Assembly: GCA_963701095.1 (NCBI GenBank)
Contig: OY969564.1
Span: 1,056,001-1,120,000, forward strand
DNA from: an uncultured Methanoregulaceae archaeon
GTDB taxonomy: Archaea; Halobacteriota; Methanomicrobia; Methanomicrobiales; Methanospirillaceae
Reading direction: 5' to 3'
Length of the DNA stretch: 64,000 bases
The notes below the pieces were generated by a model. It made no database searches and was not told the origin of the DNA. It was given only the letters and a program-made list of their open reading frames with translations. The position numbers were made by a program, and so were the translations under genes. Shown here piece after piece: positions 31,707 to 41,054 of the stretch (position 1 is the first letter of the stretch; each line of letters begins with the position of its first letter).

Positions 31707-33866
31707 TTAAAACGGTGAAAGATGAGTGTCGATATATTTTTTGGCAAATTCGGCAACCAACAGGTTTCTCGACAAATAACGATCATATTTCTCATTGGAA
31801 ATATTCTGAATCTTCGCTGCAATCTCTTCGGCGGAGGGACAATTTTCAAGAAGCGAGTGATAGATATCCTGAATTTGTGAGGGGGATACCCCCTTGAATT
31901 TTAATGCGATCTCTAGATCCTCTACATCCAATCCGCCGAATGCTTTCCCAAGAATATAGAGGGACCGGTGTTTTGCAGATCCGGTCCAGGTAAACCAGTA
32001 CGTATTGGGCCCATCGATCACAAATGAACCTGTTGCAAGTCCCGCCTCCAGAGCGGCAGCCTGTGCCTCTTTCAGTATCAGTTTTGCATTTTCGTCAAGA
32101 TACTCAGGGATATAATTGGATGTGAGCAGCTCTCGCATTTTCTCTCGTACCCTTGGGTGAATATCAGAACCAAGCCCCCCCGAATAATGGGAAGTTTTCC
32201 CCCCCTTCGAGGGTATGACATACATTTTCTCTTTTTTCAGATTTAGTTCAATAATTTCCCACCGTTTTCCAGCTAAAATCAGGAATTGACGAGTTTCAAG
32301 GTCTGGAACGAATTGGACACTCCCAATTTTTCGTCCCGCAGATATGACATCAAGTTCAATTGCCGAAACAAATGCCGAATAAAAATCAAAATTTTTAACA
32401 ATTTTTTCCCCTTTTAATCCCAGAATCACAAGTCCGGAGGAATCCTGATCAACCAGATCGGCAATTTTGAGCCCGTGTAATATCTGAATAAAATCCTCCT
32501 GAGTGACATTATGGAACGCACCATCACTAACAAGCGTATCAAAGAGATCCTGAACCGTTGCTCCTCCTCGTTCTTTGATAACGCTCAAAATCTGTTGAAT
32601 CAATGTGGAAAAATGAAAAAGATCCGTTTGTGGTGGTTCGCACCACTTCTGAAACAAAAGTTCGGACATCGCCAGAGCCCGAAGAAATTCGGGATATAAT
32701 CTGTCAACAATATTCTCCGTTTTCTCGGGTTGAGAAATAAACATTATGAGGATTGAAGGATCACCCTCTTTACGTCCGCTTCTTCCCAGACGTTGGGCTA
32801 ATGAGTTCACCGACCAGGGAGCACCAATCTGTCCGATTCGGGATACTTTCCCGATATCAATTCCCATTTCCAATGCACTTGAACAAAATACAGAGATGTG
32901 TGGATTTGATTTCAGGGAATTTTCCACAGTTTCACGTTCGGTTATTGAGAGTGAACCATGAAAAATTTTAATGTTTTCAGGGTTTCCATATCTTTTTTCC
33001 ACGGTTCTTTTAACTGCATCTGTATAGTATTCCAGCATTTGACGACTATTGATGAAGATTAGGGAATTTCCTTTATTTTGCTCATCAAAGTAATAGATAA
33101 TATCTTCAATTAAAGAGGGATTTCGAGTTTTCTCATCTGCGCTGTCAGCATCCGGCTCATTATCTGGGAAATATCCTCGGATCAAATAACAGATATCCTT
33201 TTGTTCAATCGGATCTGTGATAAGCGAGACAGAGGAAGGATCTCGTGGGATTAACCACTGTTTTGCCAGTTCGGGATCGCCTATTGTTGCAGAAAGACCT
33301 ACAATCCTCACATCTCCTTTACTTTTATGCATCGCCCTAGACAGCAGACTTTTGAGATGGGCTCCTCTTTCTGTTCCAATAAAGGAATGCATCTCGTCAA
33401 TAACAATAAATGAGAGAGATTTAAAAAGATTTGAAAGATCATCCGAGTGATTGATAAACAATGATTCGATGGATTCAGGCGTGATAAGAAGAACTCCTGA
33501 CGGATTCTTCAGGAACTTCTTTTTTGGATCGGATCCAACATCACCGTGCCATTTGAAAACGGGGATTTCTGCGGTTTTGCATAATACTTCCAGACGTTCA
33601 AACTGATCATTGATCAAAGCTTTTAAGGGACCAACGTATATGGCAGAGATACCTCCATCATTTCTATCCACTATTTGCGAAAGGATAGGTAGAAATGCGG
33701 CTTCAGTTTTTCCTGATGCAGTTTGTGCAGATATAATCAGATTCTTGTTCGTGTTAAAAATTTCATGGATTGCATCTACCTGAATGGGCCTTAAGTCCAC
33801 CCAACCCATTTTGTATAGGATATATTTCAACTTTGGATGAAGTTGTTCGGAAGCAGATTTTTCCAT
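31707..33866 (-). CDS. Lhr-like DEAD/DEAH helicase (Shango SngC-like)
   Basis: QTASGKT, PLKALINDQ, DEMH, SAT, QRLGRSGR, FYSAF; follows a DUF2791-type ATPase. Confidence 0.85.
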   Translation of the reverse strand: MEKSASEQLHPKLKYILYKMGWVDLRPIQVDAIHEIFNTNKNLIISAQTASGKTEAAFLPILSQIVDRNDGGISAIYVGPLKALINDQFERLEVLCKTAEIPVFKWHGDVGSDPKKKFLKNPSGVLLITPESIESLFINHSDDLSNLFKSLSFIVIDEMHSFIGTERGAHLKSLLSRAMHKSKGDVRIVGLSATIGDPELAKQWLIPRDPSSVSLITDPIEQKDICYLIRGYFPDNEPDADSADEKTRNPSLIEDIIYYFDEQNKGNSLIFINSRQMLEYYTDAVKRTVEKRYGNPENIKIFHGSLSITERETVENSLKSNPHISVFCSSALEMGIDIGKVSRIGQIGAPWSVNSLAQRLGRSGRKEGDPSILIMFISQPEKTENIVDRLYPEFLRALAMSELLFQKWCEPPQTDLFHFSTLIQQILSVIKERGGATVQDLFDTLVSDGAFHNVTQEDFIQILHGLKIADLVDQDSSGLVILGLKGEKIVKNFDFYSAFVSAIELDVISAGRKIGSVQFVPDLETRQFLILAGKRWEIIELNLKKEKMYVIPSKGGKTSHYSGGLGSDIHPRVREKMRELLTSNYIPEYLDENAKLILKEAQAAALEAGLATGSFVIDGPNTYWFTWTGSAKHRSLYILGKAFGGLDVEDLEIALKFKGVSPSQIQDIYHSLLENCPSAEEIAAKIQNISNEKYDRYLSRNLLVAEFAKKYIDTHLSPF

Positions 33867-33882
33867 TTTTTTATCCTTTTAT

Positions 33883-35178
33883 TCATAATTTCAAATTTGC
33901 TAAGTCTCCGGTCGGATTTTTCTTGATTATTGAACTATCCTGCTTGAGTATGTCTTTCCATGACCTATCTGGGTGTGTTTCGAGAAGGGAGAGAAACTTC
34001 ACAAAACTTTTTACAGTTTCGCGCGGGTTCATATAGAAATCAGATCCCAAAATTTTCGAGCACTTAGTCAGAAATGCCTTCATTCCTTCATCAGTAACTA
34101 AATATTTTTCCGTGTCTCCATTGGCAAATACATCTCGGATATTTTCAAGGAGAAGATATGTGTCCTCTGGTGATAGGTTCCCCAATTTGATAACAGGACT
34201 ACGGGAATTTTTCAAATCCGGTGCGATCATCTTTTCAAGAGGGTTTTCTCGCAGTTTATAGTCAAGCGCGGGATAACTCGCAACACCATGATGGCTGTCA
34301 TCTAAAAAATCATCTGTGCCAGCAAAAATAAATCCTATACCACTGGTACTTCCCTGTATACAATCATTAAGTATGTCCAGTATTGTTTTGTAGTTCGAGT
34401 TCCTTGACTGGGCAACGTTCAAATGGTGGGATATGGCTCCCATCTCATCAAGAGTTACGAGAAAACCGGAATATCCTGCTTTCCGTACAAATCGTGCCCA
34501 TAATTTCAGATAATTATAGTAATTACTATCGTCGATAATTGTTCGAACTTTTAAATCCCGTTGTGCATCGGTCTTTGTTGGGTATTCTCCATAGAGCCAT
34601 CGAAGAGAAGCATCCATTAATTCGTCGTTGCCAGATTCAAATCCTTCGAAGTATTTAGTTAGAACCAATTCAAAATCATAACCATTGACATAATTCTGAA
34701 GATCTTCCTTGAGGTCATTGTGAATCTGGGATAAGATCTGTTTGTTGTCTTTTCCCTCGCTTCGTAGTTTATAATCAACATCAGAAATATATCGTTCAAT
34801 GATGCTTTTGAGAGCACCACCATCAGGTCTTGCTTTTACCGACAAATTATGCATCAATTCCGAGTACAATGCCCGTGCCTTGCCTTGGGTTGAATATAAG
34901 AGATGTCCTTGGCTGATATCCGCATGAGCGACTACAAATTTTCTATCGAGTGCTACAATACGGGAAAGGGTAAGAAAGAAACTTTTTCCGGACCCATAAC
35001 GCCCAATAATGAACCGGATAGCTGTCCCGTCATCTTTAATTCTTTCCAAATCGGTTACGATGGCAGCAATTTCATCATCTCTTCCGACTTGTATGTGTTG
35101 TAGGCCGATTTTTGGAACGAGGCCCACAGAAAGAGACATGAGTATTGCATCCCTTTCCTTTGGTTTAATTTTCCCCAT
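33883..35178 (-). CDS. DUF2791/BrxD-like P-loop ATPase (Shango SngB-like)
   Basis: GLVPKIGLQHIQVGR, GRYGSGKS Walker A, GYSGFLVTLDE Walker B. Confidence 0.85.
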   Translation of the reverse strand: MGKIKPKERDAILMSLSVGLVPKIGLQHIQVGRDDEIAAIVTDLERIKDDGTAIRFIIGRYGSGKSFFLTLSRIVALDRKFVVAHADISQGHLLYSTQGKARALYSELMHNLSVKARPDGGALKSIIERYISDVDYKLRSEGKDNKQILSQIHNDLKEDLQNYVNGYDFELVLTKYFEGFESGNDELMDASLRWLYGEYPTKTDAQRDLKVRTIIDDSNYYNYLKLWARFVRKAGYSGFLVTLDEMGAISHHLNVAQSRNSNYKTILDILNDCIQGSTSGIGFIFAGTDDFLDDSHHGVASYPALDYKLRENPLEKMIAPDLKNSRSPVIKLGNLSPEDTYLLLENIRDVFANGDTEKYLVTDEGMKAFLTKCSKILGSDFYMNPRETVKSFVKFLSLLETHPDRSWKDILKQDSSIIKKNPTGDLANLKL

Positions 35179-35207
35179 AATACCAACTGAACTTTCAGAA
35201 ATATATG

Positions 35208-36743
35208 TTATCTCATATTGATTCGGATAGTGTTTTCCTGCATCTCAAGCAAGGGATTATCGAATTTCAATACTTCTTCTGCCCATTCGTTAATATCGTC
35301 AAATGTCGAAGTTAGGCTGATTGCCCCCAGGTTACATTGTATGAGGATTTTCGTAAAATTTTCTGTAGATATCTCTGTTAATCCTTCAATATTTTTTAAA
35401 ACGGGATAATACCTTGAATCAAGACGATTCAAAGTATCCAGCGGGAATTGTAGATCATATCCTTGATTTTGGTTAACCGCAGGTTTTTCTGTCAGCTGAG
35501 AACTGGTTAATTCGGTTTCATCAGAAGAAACACCATCTTTCGAACCGAGTATTGTATCCATTTTGTCTTTGTTTTTATTGTGTTTTATCCGTTTTTCTTC
35601 GATCTCTACCAAATTTAACGAAATATAAGTTGGATCAGGATGTAATGTCTCTTCGCTCTCTTGAGTGATGGAGAAATCAATATCCTTTATTGAGGATGCT
35701 GTATTGTCAGGCCCAACACTCGGGAATTTAACGAGAGATTCACCCGTGAGAGAACGATCATTATCCGGTTCTTGATCCGTTGTTGTATCAACAAAGGGAA
35801 TAGATATTTGATTTGGTAAATTATCTTTATCGAAATCGTCGTTATTCTGAACGGACTCTTGATCTTTGAGAGGTTTTACGTCTTCAAAAAAATCGTCCAA
35901 TTTTTTTAGAGACTTTGCGGCATCACTGTAATCAATAAGATCAGAATCTTGTATCTGCTCATTAGGAATTGATTCATCTTGTAACGGAATGCTCTCTCCA
36001 CGGTTTGAAGGACCTGATTTTATTATTAGGACTGGATGCGGCCGAACCAATGTTCTCGCTACTTCTTCCGGTGTTGTTTTCATTGCTGAAACAGAACGAT
36101 TTGTAGGAGTTTCATAAGGTATTTTTGAGGATACATTCTGTTCTTTTTTGATGAGCACGTTTGGTACGACGTTCACCCTTGTGAAAGGTGGGTTCGATGG
36201 CTTTTCTGTAGGCTCTGATTGTGTGGACTTCCGGTTGTCGATAGTTTTTTGTTGGTTTTGAGTGTCGATCAATACGGGTGAAATTTCATTTTTTATTTTT
36301 GCACCGCAATGAGGACAATATTTTGCAGTGTCGTCAGTAATCAGCATGTAACATTTTGAACACCGAATTGGGTTTTCACTTCTAATTGTTTTTTTATAAG
36401 CGGAATGCATACGGGCACTAATAATAAGAAAATAAATGAATGAGATCAGGGTGAGTATGCCAAAAAAACTGAATATGCATTTTATCAAGCATAACTGATA
36501 ATTTATATTTCTTGGATCTTTTCTTTCATAATTGAGGAAAATGCCGTCCAAAATCAGATTTATCAACAAAATGAGTCCTAATAACATCGCAATAGGACTA
36601 TGATAATTTGGAGAATCAATCTCAAAAAATAAAGAGAGAAACGCCAATCCAAATAAACCGGATATAACGATATCCAATCCGATAACGCAGTGGAAAATTA
36701 TCGAATACCTGAAAGATAGATACTGGGTTTTGGCCCCATCCAT
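35208..36743 (-). CDS. Membrane protein with zinc ribbon and C-terminal TerB-C-like domain (SngA-like)
   Basis: ~3 N-terminal TM helices, CSKC...CPHC, long acidic linker, C-terminal FDDINEWAEEVL..PLLE. Confidence 0.65.
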   Translation of the reverse strand: MDGAKTQYLSFRYSIIFHCVIGLDIVISGLFGLAFLSLFFEIDSPNYHSPIAMLLGLILLINLILDGIFLNYERKDPRNINYQLCLIKCIFSFFGILTLISFIYFLIISARMHSAYKKTIRSENPIRCSKCYMLITDDTAKYCPHCGAKIKNEISPVLIDTQNQQKTIDNRKSTQSEPTEKPSNPPFTRVNVVPNVLIKKEQNVSSKIPYETPTNRSVSAMKTTPEEVARTLVRPHPVLIIKSGPSNRGESIPLQDESIPNEQIQDSDLIDYSDAAKSLKKLDDFFEDVKPLKDQESVQNNDDFDKDNLPNQISIPFVDTTTDQEPDNDRSLTGESLVKFPSVGPDNTASSIKDIDFSITQESEETLHPDPTYISLNLVEIEEKRIKHNKNKDKMDTILGSKDGVSSDETELTSSQLTEKPAVNQNQGYDLQFPLDTLNRLDSRYYPVLKNIEGLTEISTENFTKILIQCNLGAISLTSTFDDINEWAEEVLKFDNPLLEMQENTIRINMR

Positions 36744-36932
36744 GTTGAAGAATATATTGTGGGGGGACGTTATATTTTCCCTAGGTCTGATATCGATCTA
36801 ACAATGATGAAAATACGGCAAATTGTTTTTGAAAAACGCTCAAAATCCGGATTTTTGTAAGAAGGGTCAGGCCGGGATCCGGATCGAAAATTCAGATGTG
36901 AGTCTGGAATGAGTGTGAGGAGTAATAGGCGT

Positions 36933-37535
36933 TTATATCCCGCGCCTCTTCCGGGCTCGATAGAGGGTCATTACAGGGACATTGAAATGCTGTGCGATGT
37001 CTTCCCAGTTATCCCCCGCTGCTCTCATCTGTTCAACCACTGCAAAGTCTATATCCGCGCGGGGACGGCCAAGAGTCTTTCCCTCATCACGCGCGCGGTC
37101 CAGTCCCAATTTTGTTCTCTCGACAAGGTTATCCCGCTCCCGCTGTGCAACCCAGGAGAGGACCATTAAGAGGAGCTGCCGGATGTTCTTATCTTCCGAG
37201 TGAGTAAAGGCCTCGTTTGGTGACAGACTCCATACAAGAACGCCAAGACCTTCGATCTCCTCTATGATGTTGATAGTCTCCAGAGTCGTACGGCCGAGGC
37301 GGGAGATCTCATACACATAGAGGTATTTTACCGTCTCCCTGTGCTCTTGGATAAATGATAACAGACGGGAAAAGGCGGGTCTCTCATGGGGCTTCTTGGT
37401 CCCGGAGACACCCTTGTCTATAAAGATACAGTCCCGCACCACACCGGCTTTGATAAGCTCCCGGCACTGGTTATCCGGGTCCTGTTCCATCGTTGAAACC
37501 CGGACATATCCAACTTTCTCACATTTGAATGACAT
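36933..37535 (-). CDS. Serine recombinase (resolvase/invertase) with C-terminal HTH
   Basis: GYVRVST catalytic Ser, DKGVSG, SRLGR, ERTKLGL..AR..G..LGRP. Confidence 0.92.
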   Translation of the reverse strand: MSFKCEKVGYVRVSTMEQDPDNQCRELIKAGVVRDCIFIDKGVSGTKKPHERPAFSRLLSFIQEHRETVKYLYVYEISRLGRTTLETINIIEEIEGLGVLVWSLSPNEAFTHSEDKNIRQLLLMVLSWVAQRERDNLVERTKLGLDRARDEGKTLGRPRADIDFAVVEQMRAAGDNWEDIAQHFNVPVMTLYRARKRRGI

Positions 37536-37846
37536 AACAATAACCTATTAACTTAATTGCATATAACAATATCGTTCTTTTTTGTTATATCTCCCCTTAG
37601 CAGTACATTAGAATTTATTACGAAATATTTTGTTTTGAGATAAATTATTCAAGAAAATTTTCATAATTGTGTGTACGTAAGGGTAGGCCAGCACCTCGGT
37701 GGGGAGCCTCCCTTGCCCACATAGTTTAGACACTAATATAAAAATATTCTGTTTTGTTCGCGGTCAATCCACTACATGAAAGGTTAGTAATGCGTGACGG
37801 TTCGTAAAGTTAGAAAATGAATCTACTCTGACCTTGTAAGATATTG

Positions 37847-38326
37847 TTACCCGGATAAATTACTTTTTATCACTTTCTTAAATTCTTCTAACTTCATTGT
37901 CTCTGGTTTAGAAAAACCCGCGTCTTGTAATTTTGATGGAATCCGGTACTTAATCAGGTTCTTATCTGAAGTTAAAAAATAGTTATCAGAATATGCAATT
38001 GCATAAGCCAGATGTGTCCGATCTGTGGGTTCACGAATCATCCGTGTATCAATCTCATCTTCTCCCATCTGAAAGCAGAGGATACGCACACCATCATTAG
38101 GAAAATGAACCGCGATGTTCCAATCATCAAGGAAGCCGTTTAATGCAAAAATATAATCCATTCCGTTTTCTTTTTCGTGCATCTGGGTAAACGCTTCACC
38201 CAAAACCGAAATCGATGTACAAATATTATAACCAGCGTTTAACGCATGTTCCAAAGTTGTTTTTAGCTGCGGTTTCTCAAAACACTGAAAAAAAATAGGT
38301 GTATCTAAAAAGAGGGAGTGATTCAT
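37847..38326 (-). CDS. PIN-domain (VapC-like) ribonuclease toxin
   Basis: FLDT, VLGE, DRTHLAYA, FLTSDKNL acidic tetrad pattern. Confidence 0.8.
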   Translation of the reverse strand: MNHSLFLDTPIFFQCFEKPQLKTTLEHALNAGYNICTSISVLGEAFTQMHEKENGMDYIFALNGFLDDWNIAVHFPNDGVRILCFQMGEDEIDTRMIREPTDRTHLAYAIAYSDNYFLTSDKNLIKYRIPSKLQDAGFSKPETMKLEEFKKVIKSNLSG

Positions 38327-38481
38327 GCGAGGATCGCTTTAAGACGTTTCATCATAGCACGGTATTCATCTTCACCAATGGCAGATGATATCTTTCCCTT
38401 GGTCACCGAGCCCCCATAGGGAAGCATCCCACGTTGGTAAGGTTTACCAATTACTTCATCCGGATTGAACTTTTTAGTCAT
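38323..38481 (-). CDS. Putative 52-aa antitoxin
   Basis: RBS GGTGGAGG before ATG at 38481; ATGA overlap with the PIN gene. Confidence 0.6.
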   Translation of the reverse strand: MTKKFNPDEVIGKPYQRGMLPYGGSVTKGKISSAIGEDEYRAMMKRLKAILA

Positions 38482-38686
38482 ATCCAGCCTCCACCCTTCG
38501 TTCTGAATATCATGTATGCACATACATGATATTAAATCCTCACATGTTTCATGACACATTTCGTTCCATAGCGTCGATGAAAACTTGATATCATTATACT
38601 ATCTCTTTCGTTTTTAAGCTTAGAAAAGTATCTATTCAGAGGATTAATGATCCTGGTTTCAAAGTCCCCTCAAAGCCACGGGTAAC

Positions 38687-38796
38687 ACTCAAAGTACTCC
38701 CACTTTTTAGAGATATACCTCTCGTATATATTTTGTATTTGTTCTTTTATTTTCTATTAGACTGATTTGAGAAAAAAAAGGAGGAGTACTTGGAGT
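38687..38796. repeat. 22-bp inverted repeats (19/22 match) flanking an AT-rich core; candidate replication origin
   Basis: ACTCAAAGTACTCCCACTTTTT (38687-38708) versus reverse complement of 38775-38796, ACTCCAAGTACTCCTCCTTTTT. Confidence 0.6.
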
Positions 38797-38808
38797 CAGA
38801 AAAGAATG

Positions 38809-40542
38809 TTAAATCAGGCTTTCCGGCTCTGGTTTTACCTCGTTGAAATTTCCATTCCAAGAGTAAGGGCCCTGGTAAACGGGGATGTTGCACTTCCTGT
38901 CACCAATTCGTAAAGAGGTCTTAGTAGGGGTGAGCTTGTATGCTTGCAGGTCCCGGGTAAATTTGTTTAGTGAGGGCATCCTTTTTCTCGGATCTATATG
39001 TTCGAGATCACAAAACTTTTGGTACTGTTCAAAGAATTTCTTACGGTCGAACATGCAGATGTCGGATGCCCTAGCATTCTCTGTCATCTTATCTTTGATG
39101 AACTGGCAGAGCGGATCCGCTGCCATGCTCCAACGTTCCATCACCCCTTCCGCATCCCTGTTTATGGTAAGCTTACCCTTTTTCCTGATGGATCCGATTG
39201 CCTCGATTACGAGGTTCAGGAAGCTCGTGTACATCTGATTAGTGAACATCCGGGCCGTGAAGGTATCATCTACTTCGTAAGAGTATGGAAAACGGACATA
39301 CTCCCATCGTTCCCAAAATGCAGGGTCATACTTCACGTCATCGGGATATTTCGGCGGATGATTACAGGTGAATACGTGCGGACAGGTTATAGTACCCTTG
39401 TAGGACTGTCGGCCCTTCCGTTCGATATTATGACGGCAGGACCCGGTAAACGTTTTGAACTTCCCCACATTTTTCAGCGGTATCTCCGAGAGGTCATCGT
39501 AGATATTGAGTATCTTACCTTCGAGGTCCCCGGCCACAAAACGATCTTCGCATATTGATTGGAGAGAGCGGGCGGATATTTGATCATTCCCGAAAAACCC
39601 GGTTAAAAACTCAATGTACGTACTCTTGCCGGCGTTTGGTTCGCCTTGGGCGATATAGTTCTTCTTGTAAGTCGTCTGGAGCTGTGCCTGGAGGATTGCC
39701 TGTGCTGCGATCTGAATCAAGAGCGGAACATCTTCGGGCTCTACCCACGAAAGCAGAAGGTTCCGAGCCGCATCTCCCTTGATACTGGCGTCATAGGTAA
39801 CGGGAATACGATAGGTGAATAGGTGCTGCGGTCCAGGCGGCAGGAGTTTGCCGGCTCTGGTCTTATCATCGAGTTTCAGGATACCATTTTCTAACGGGAT
39901 AAGATCCTTTACCTGATTAAATGGGTACTCGCACTGGGGATTTGTGGCAAGAAGATAAGCGAGGATATCCCGGATGTCTCGTGTGATACTACACTTTGCC
40001 CCGGTCACTTCAATGATGATGCGGATCGCCTGCTCCAAATCTCCCGCATTTTCCCGATAAATGCCGCTTTCTTTGTCGTAAACAAAGAGTGTTTTGTTAA
40101 AGCTCATCGTGTTAAATTGCTCGTGCAGGTGTATTGCTATCGCTGGATGCTCAAGTACGACCGTGCCCCTACTGCTTGTCCTGGTGAAACTGTCTAAAAG
40201 TGCGTGCTGCCGCTGTGCCTCCCGGTCCCGCTGCATGATCTCATATCGCTCGCGGACCTTCGGATCTTGTGCTGCCTGAGTAAGAGTCTCTCGGAGGGTA
40301 TCCGTGTTCATCAAGTCGAACCCTTTTGGCAGGCGCTGGAGTTTATCAAGTGCGGCGCATAGTGCCGGGTGGTCCATGCTGGCGATCTTCGCATCAGGAT
40401 AATCTGGGTGCTGCCATACTGCCGGGGCTGGTGCCAGTTGCTCGGCTGCGGGTTCTGAGATGGATCGGTTCATGGTGGCGATCAGAAATTCTTGGGTCTT
40501 TGCGTCTACGAGTGCTGCCCTGGTTGGTACGGTTTCAATCAA
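38809..40542 (-). CDS. SF3 (D5/P4-family) replicative helicase
   Basis: IPLENGIL and FTYRIPVTYD (D5_N-like), GEPNAGKS Walker A, NIYDD Walker B, FTCNHPP motif C, AFWERW. Confidence 0.85.
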   Translation of the reverse strand: MIETVPTRAALVDAKTQEFLIATMNRSISEPAAEQLAPAPAVWQHPDYPDAKIASMDHPALCAALDKLQRLPKGFDLMNTDTLRETLTQAAQDPKVRERYEIMQRDREAQRQHALLDSFTRTSSRGTVVLEHPAIAIHLHEQFNTMSFNKTLFVYDKESGIYRENAGDLEQAIRIIIEVTGAKCSITRDIRDILAYLLATNPQCEYPFNQVKDLIPLENGILKLDDKTRAGKLLPPGPQHLFTYRIPVTYDASIKGDAARNLLLSWVEPEDVPLLIQIAAQAILQAQLQTTYKKNYIAQGEPNAGKSTYIEFLTGFFGNDQISARSLQSICEDRFVAGDLEGKILNIYDDLSEIPLKNVGKFKTFTGSCRHNIERKGRQSYKGTITCPHVFTCNHPPKYPDDVKYDPAFWERWEYVRFPYSYEVDDTFTARMFTNQMYTSFLNLVIEAIGSIRKKGKLTINRDAEGVMERWSMAADPLCQFIKDKMTENARASDICMFDRKKFFEQYQKFCDLEHIDPRKRMPSLNKFTRDLQAYKLTPTKTSLRIGDRKCNIPVYQGPYSWNGNFNEVKPEPESLI

Positions 40543-40560
40543 TCCAGCGCACCCCCACCT

Positions 40561-40740
40561 TTATCCCTCATTAAAATTGTCTATCAGTCTCCATCTGCCA
40601 TCTTTGAGACATGCGACAGCAACCAGATAATGAAGTGGGCTGGTTGCTTTCAGGTGCTCCAGAGTCTCCTGGTCGATGGTGAAGCCCGGGATGGGCCGGG
40701 GTTGCGGCAAGGTTGAAGTACCGGAACAAAGAGAGCTCAT
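40561..40740 (-). CDS. Small hypothetical protein (59 aa, not in the ORF track)
   Basis: MSSLCSGTSTLPQPRPIPGFTIDQETLEHLKATSPLHYLVAVACLKDGRWRLIDNFNEG; ATGA overlap with the upstream gene. Confidence 0.55.
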   Translation of the reverse strand: MSSLCSGTSTLPQPRPIPGFTIDQETLEHLKATSPLHYLVAVACLKDGRWRLIDNFNEG

Positions 40741-40970
40741 ACGTCCACCTGCTTGTCAGTGCTGGATAGGGATGTCGGGGCCTTGGTGTTGGTAGCATTA
40801 TCGGCCCCTGCATTGCCTTCTTTCATTTTCCTTTCAAGTGCCAAGCGTAATTCCTTCGATAACGAAATTTCCTGTTCTTTTGCGAAATCTCGAAGATGAC
40901 GAGGTATGGTCACATTTGTATGAATTAATTCCTCGCCATCTGATCGAATTGTCAGTGTTACCATTTTCAC
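40737..40970 (-). CDS. CcdA-like ribbon-helix-helix DNA-binding protein
   Basis: TNVTIPRHLRDFAKEQEISLSKELRLALE. Confidence 0.7.
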   Translation of the reverse strand: MKMVTLTIRSDGEELIHTNVTIPRHLRDFAKEQEISLSKELRLALERKMKEGNAGADNATNTKAPTSLSSTDKQVDV

Positions 40971-40973
40971 TTC

Positions 40974-40996
40974 CTGTGGCGTGATTCACACCACAG
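40974..40996. promoter_or_regulatory. 23-bp palindromic operator in a divergent promoter
   Basis: CTGTGGCGTGA-T-TCACACCACAG (10/11 arms). Confidence 0.65.
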
Positions 40997-41054
40997 TTAT
41001 GTATATCGGTTCTGGGGTCAACATCCCTTTTAAATACAATTCAAATGTGACATT

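Noticed and set aside
33883..35178. BREX system suggested by the BrxD-like ATPase
   Set aside because: No pglZ, pglX or brxC nearby; the three-gene context fits Shango better
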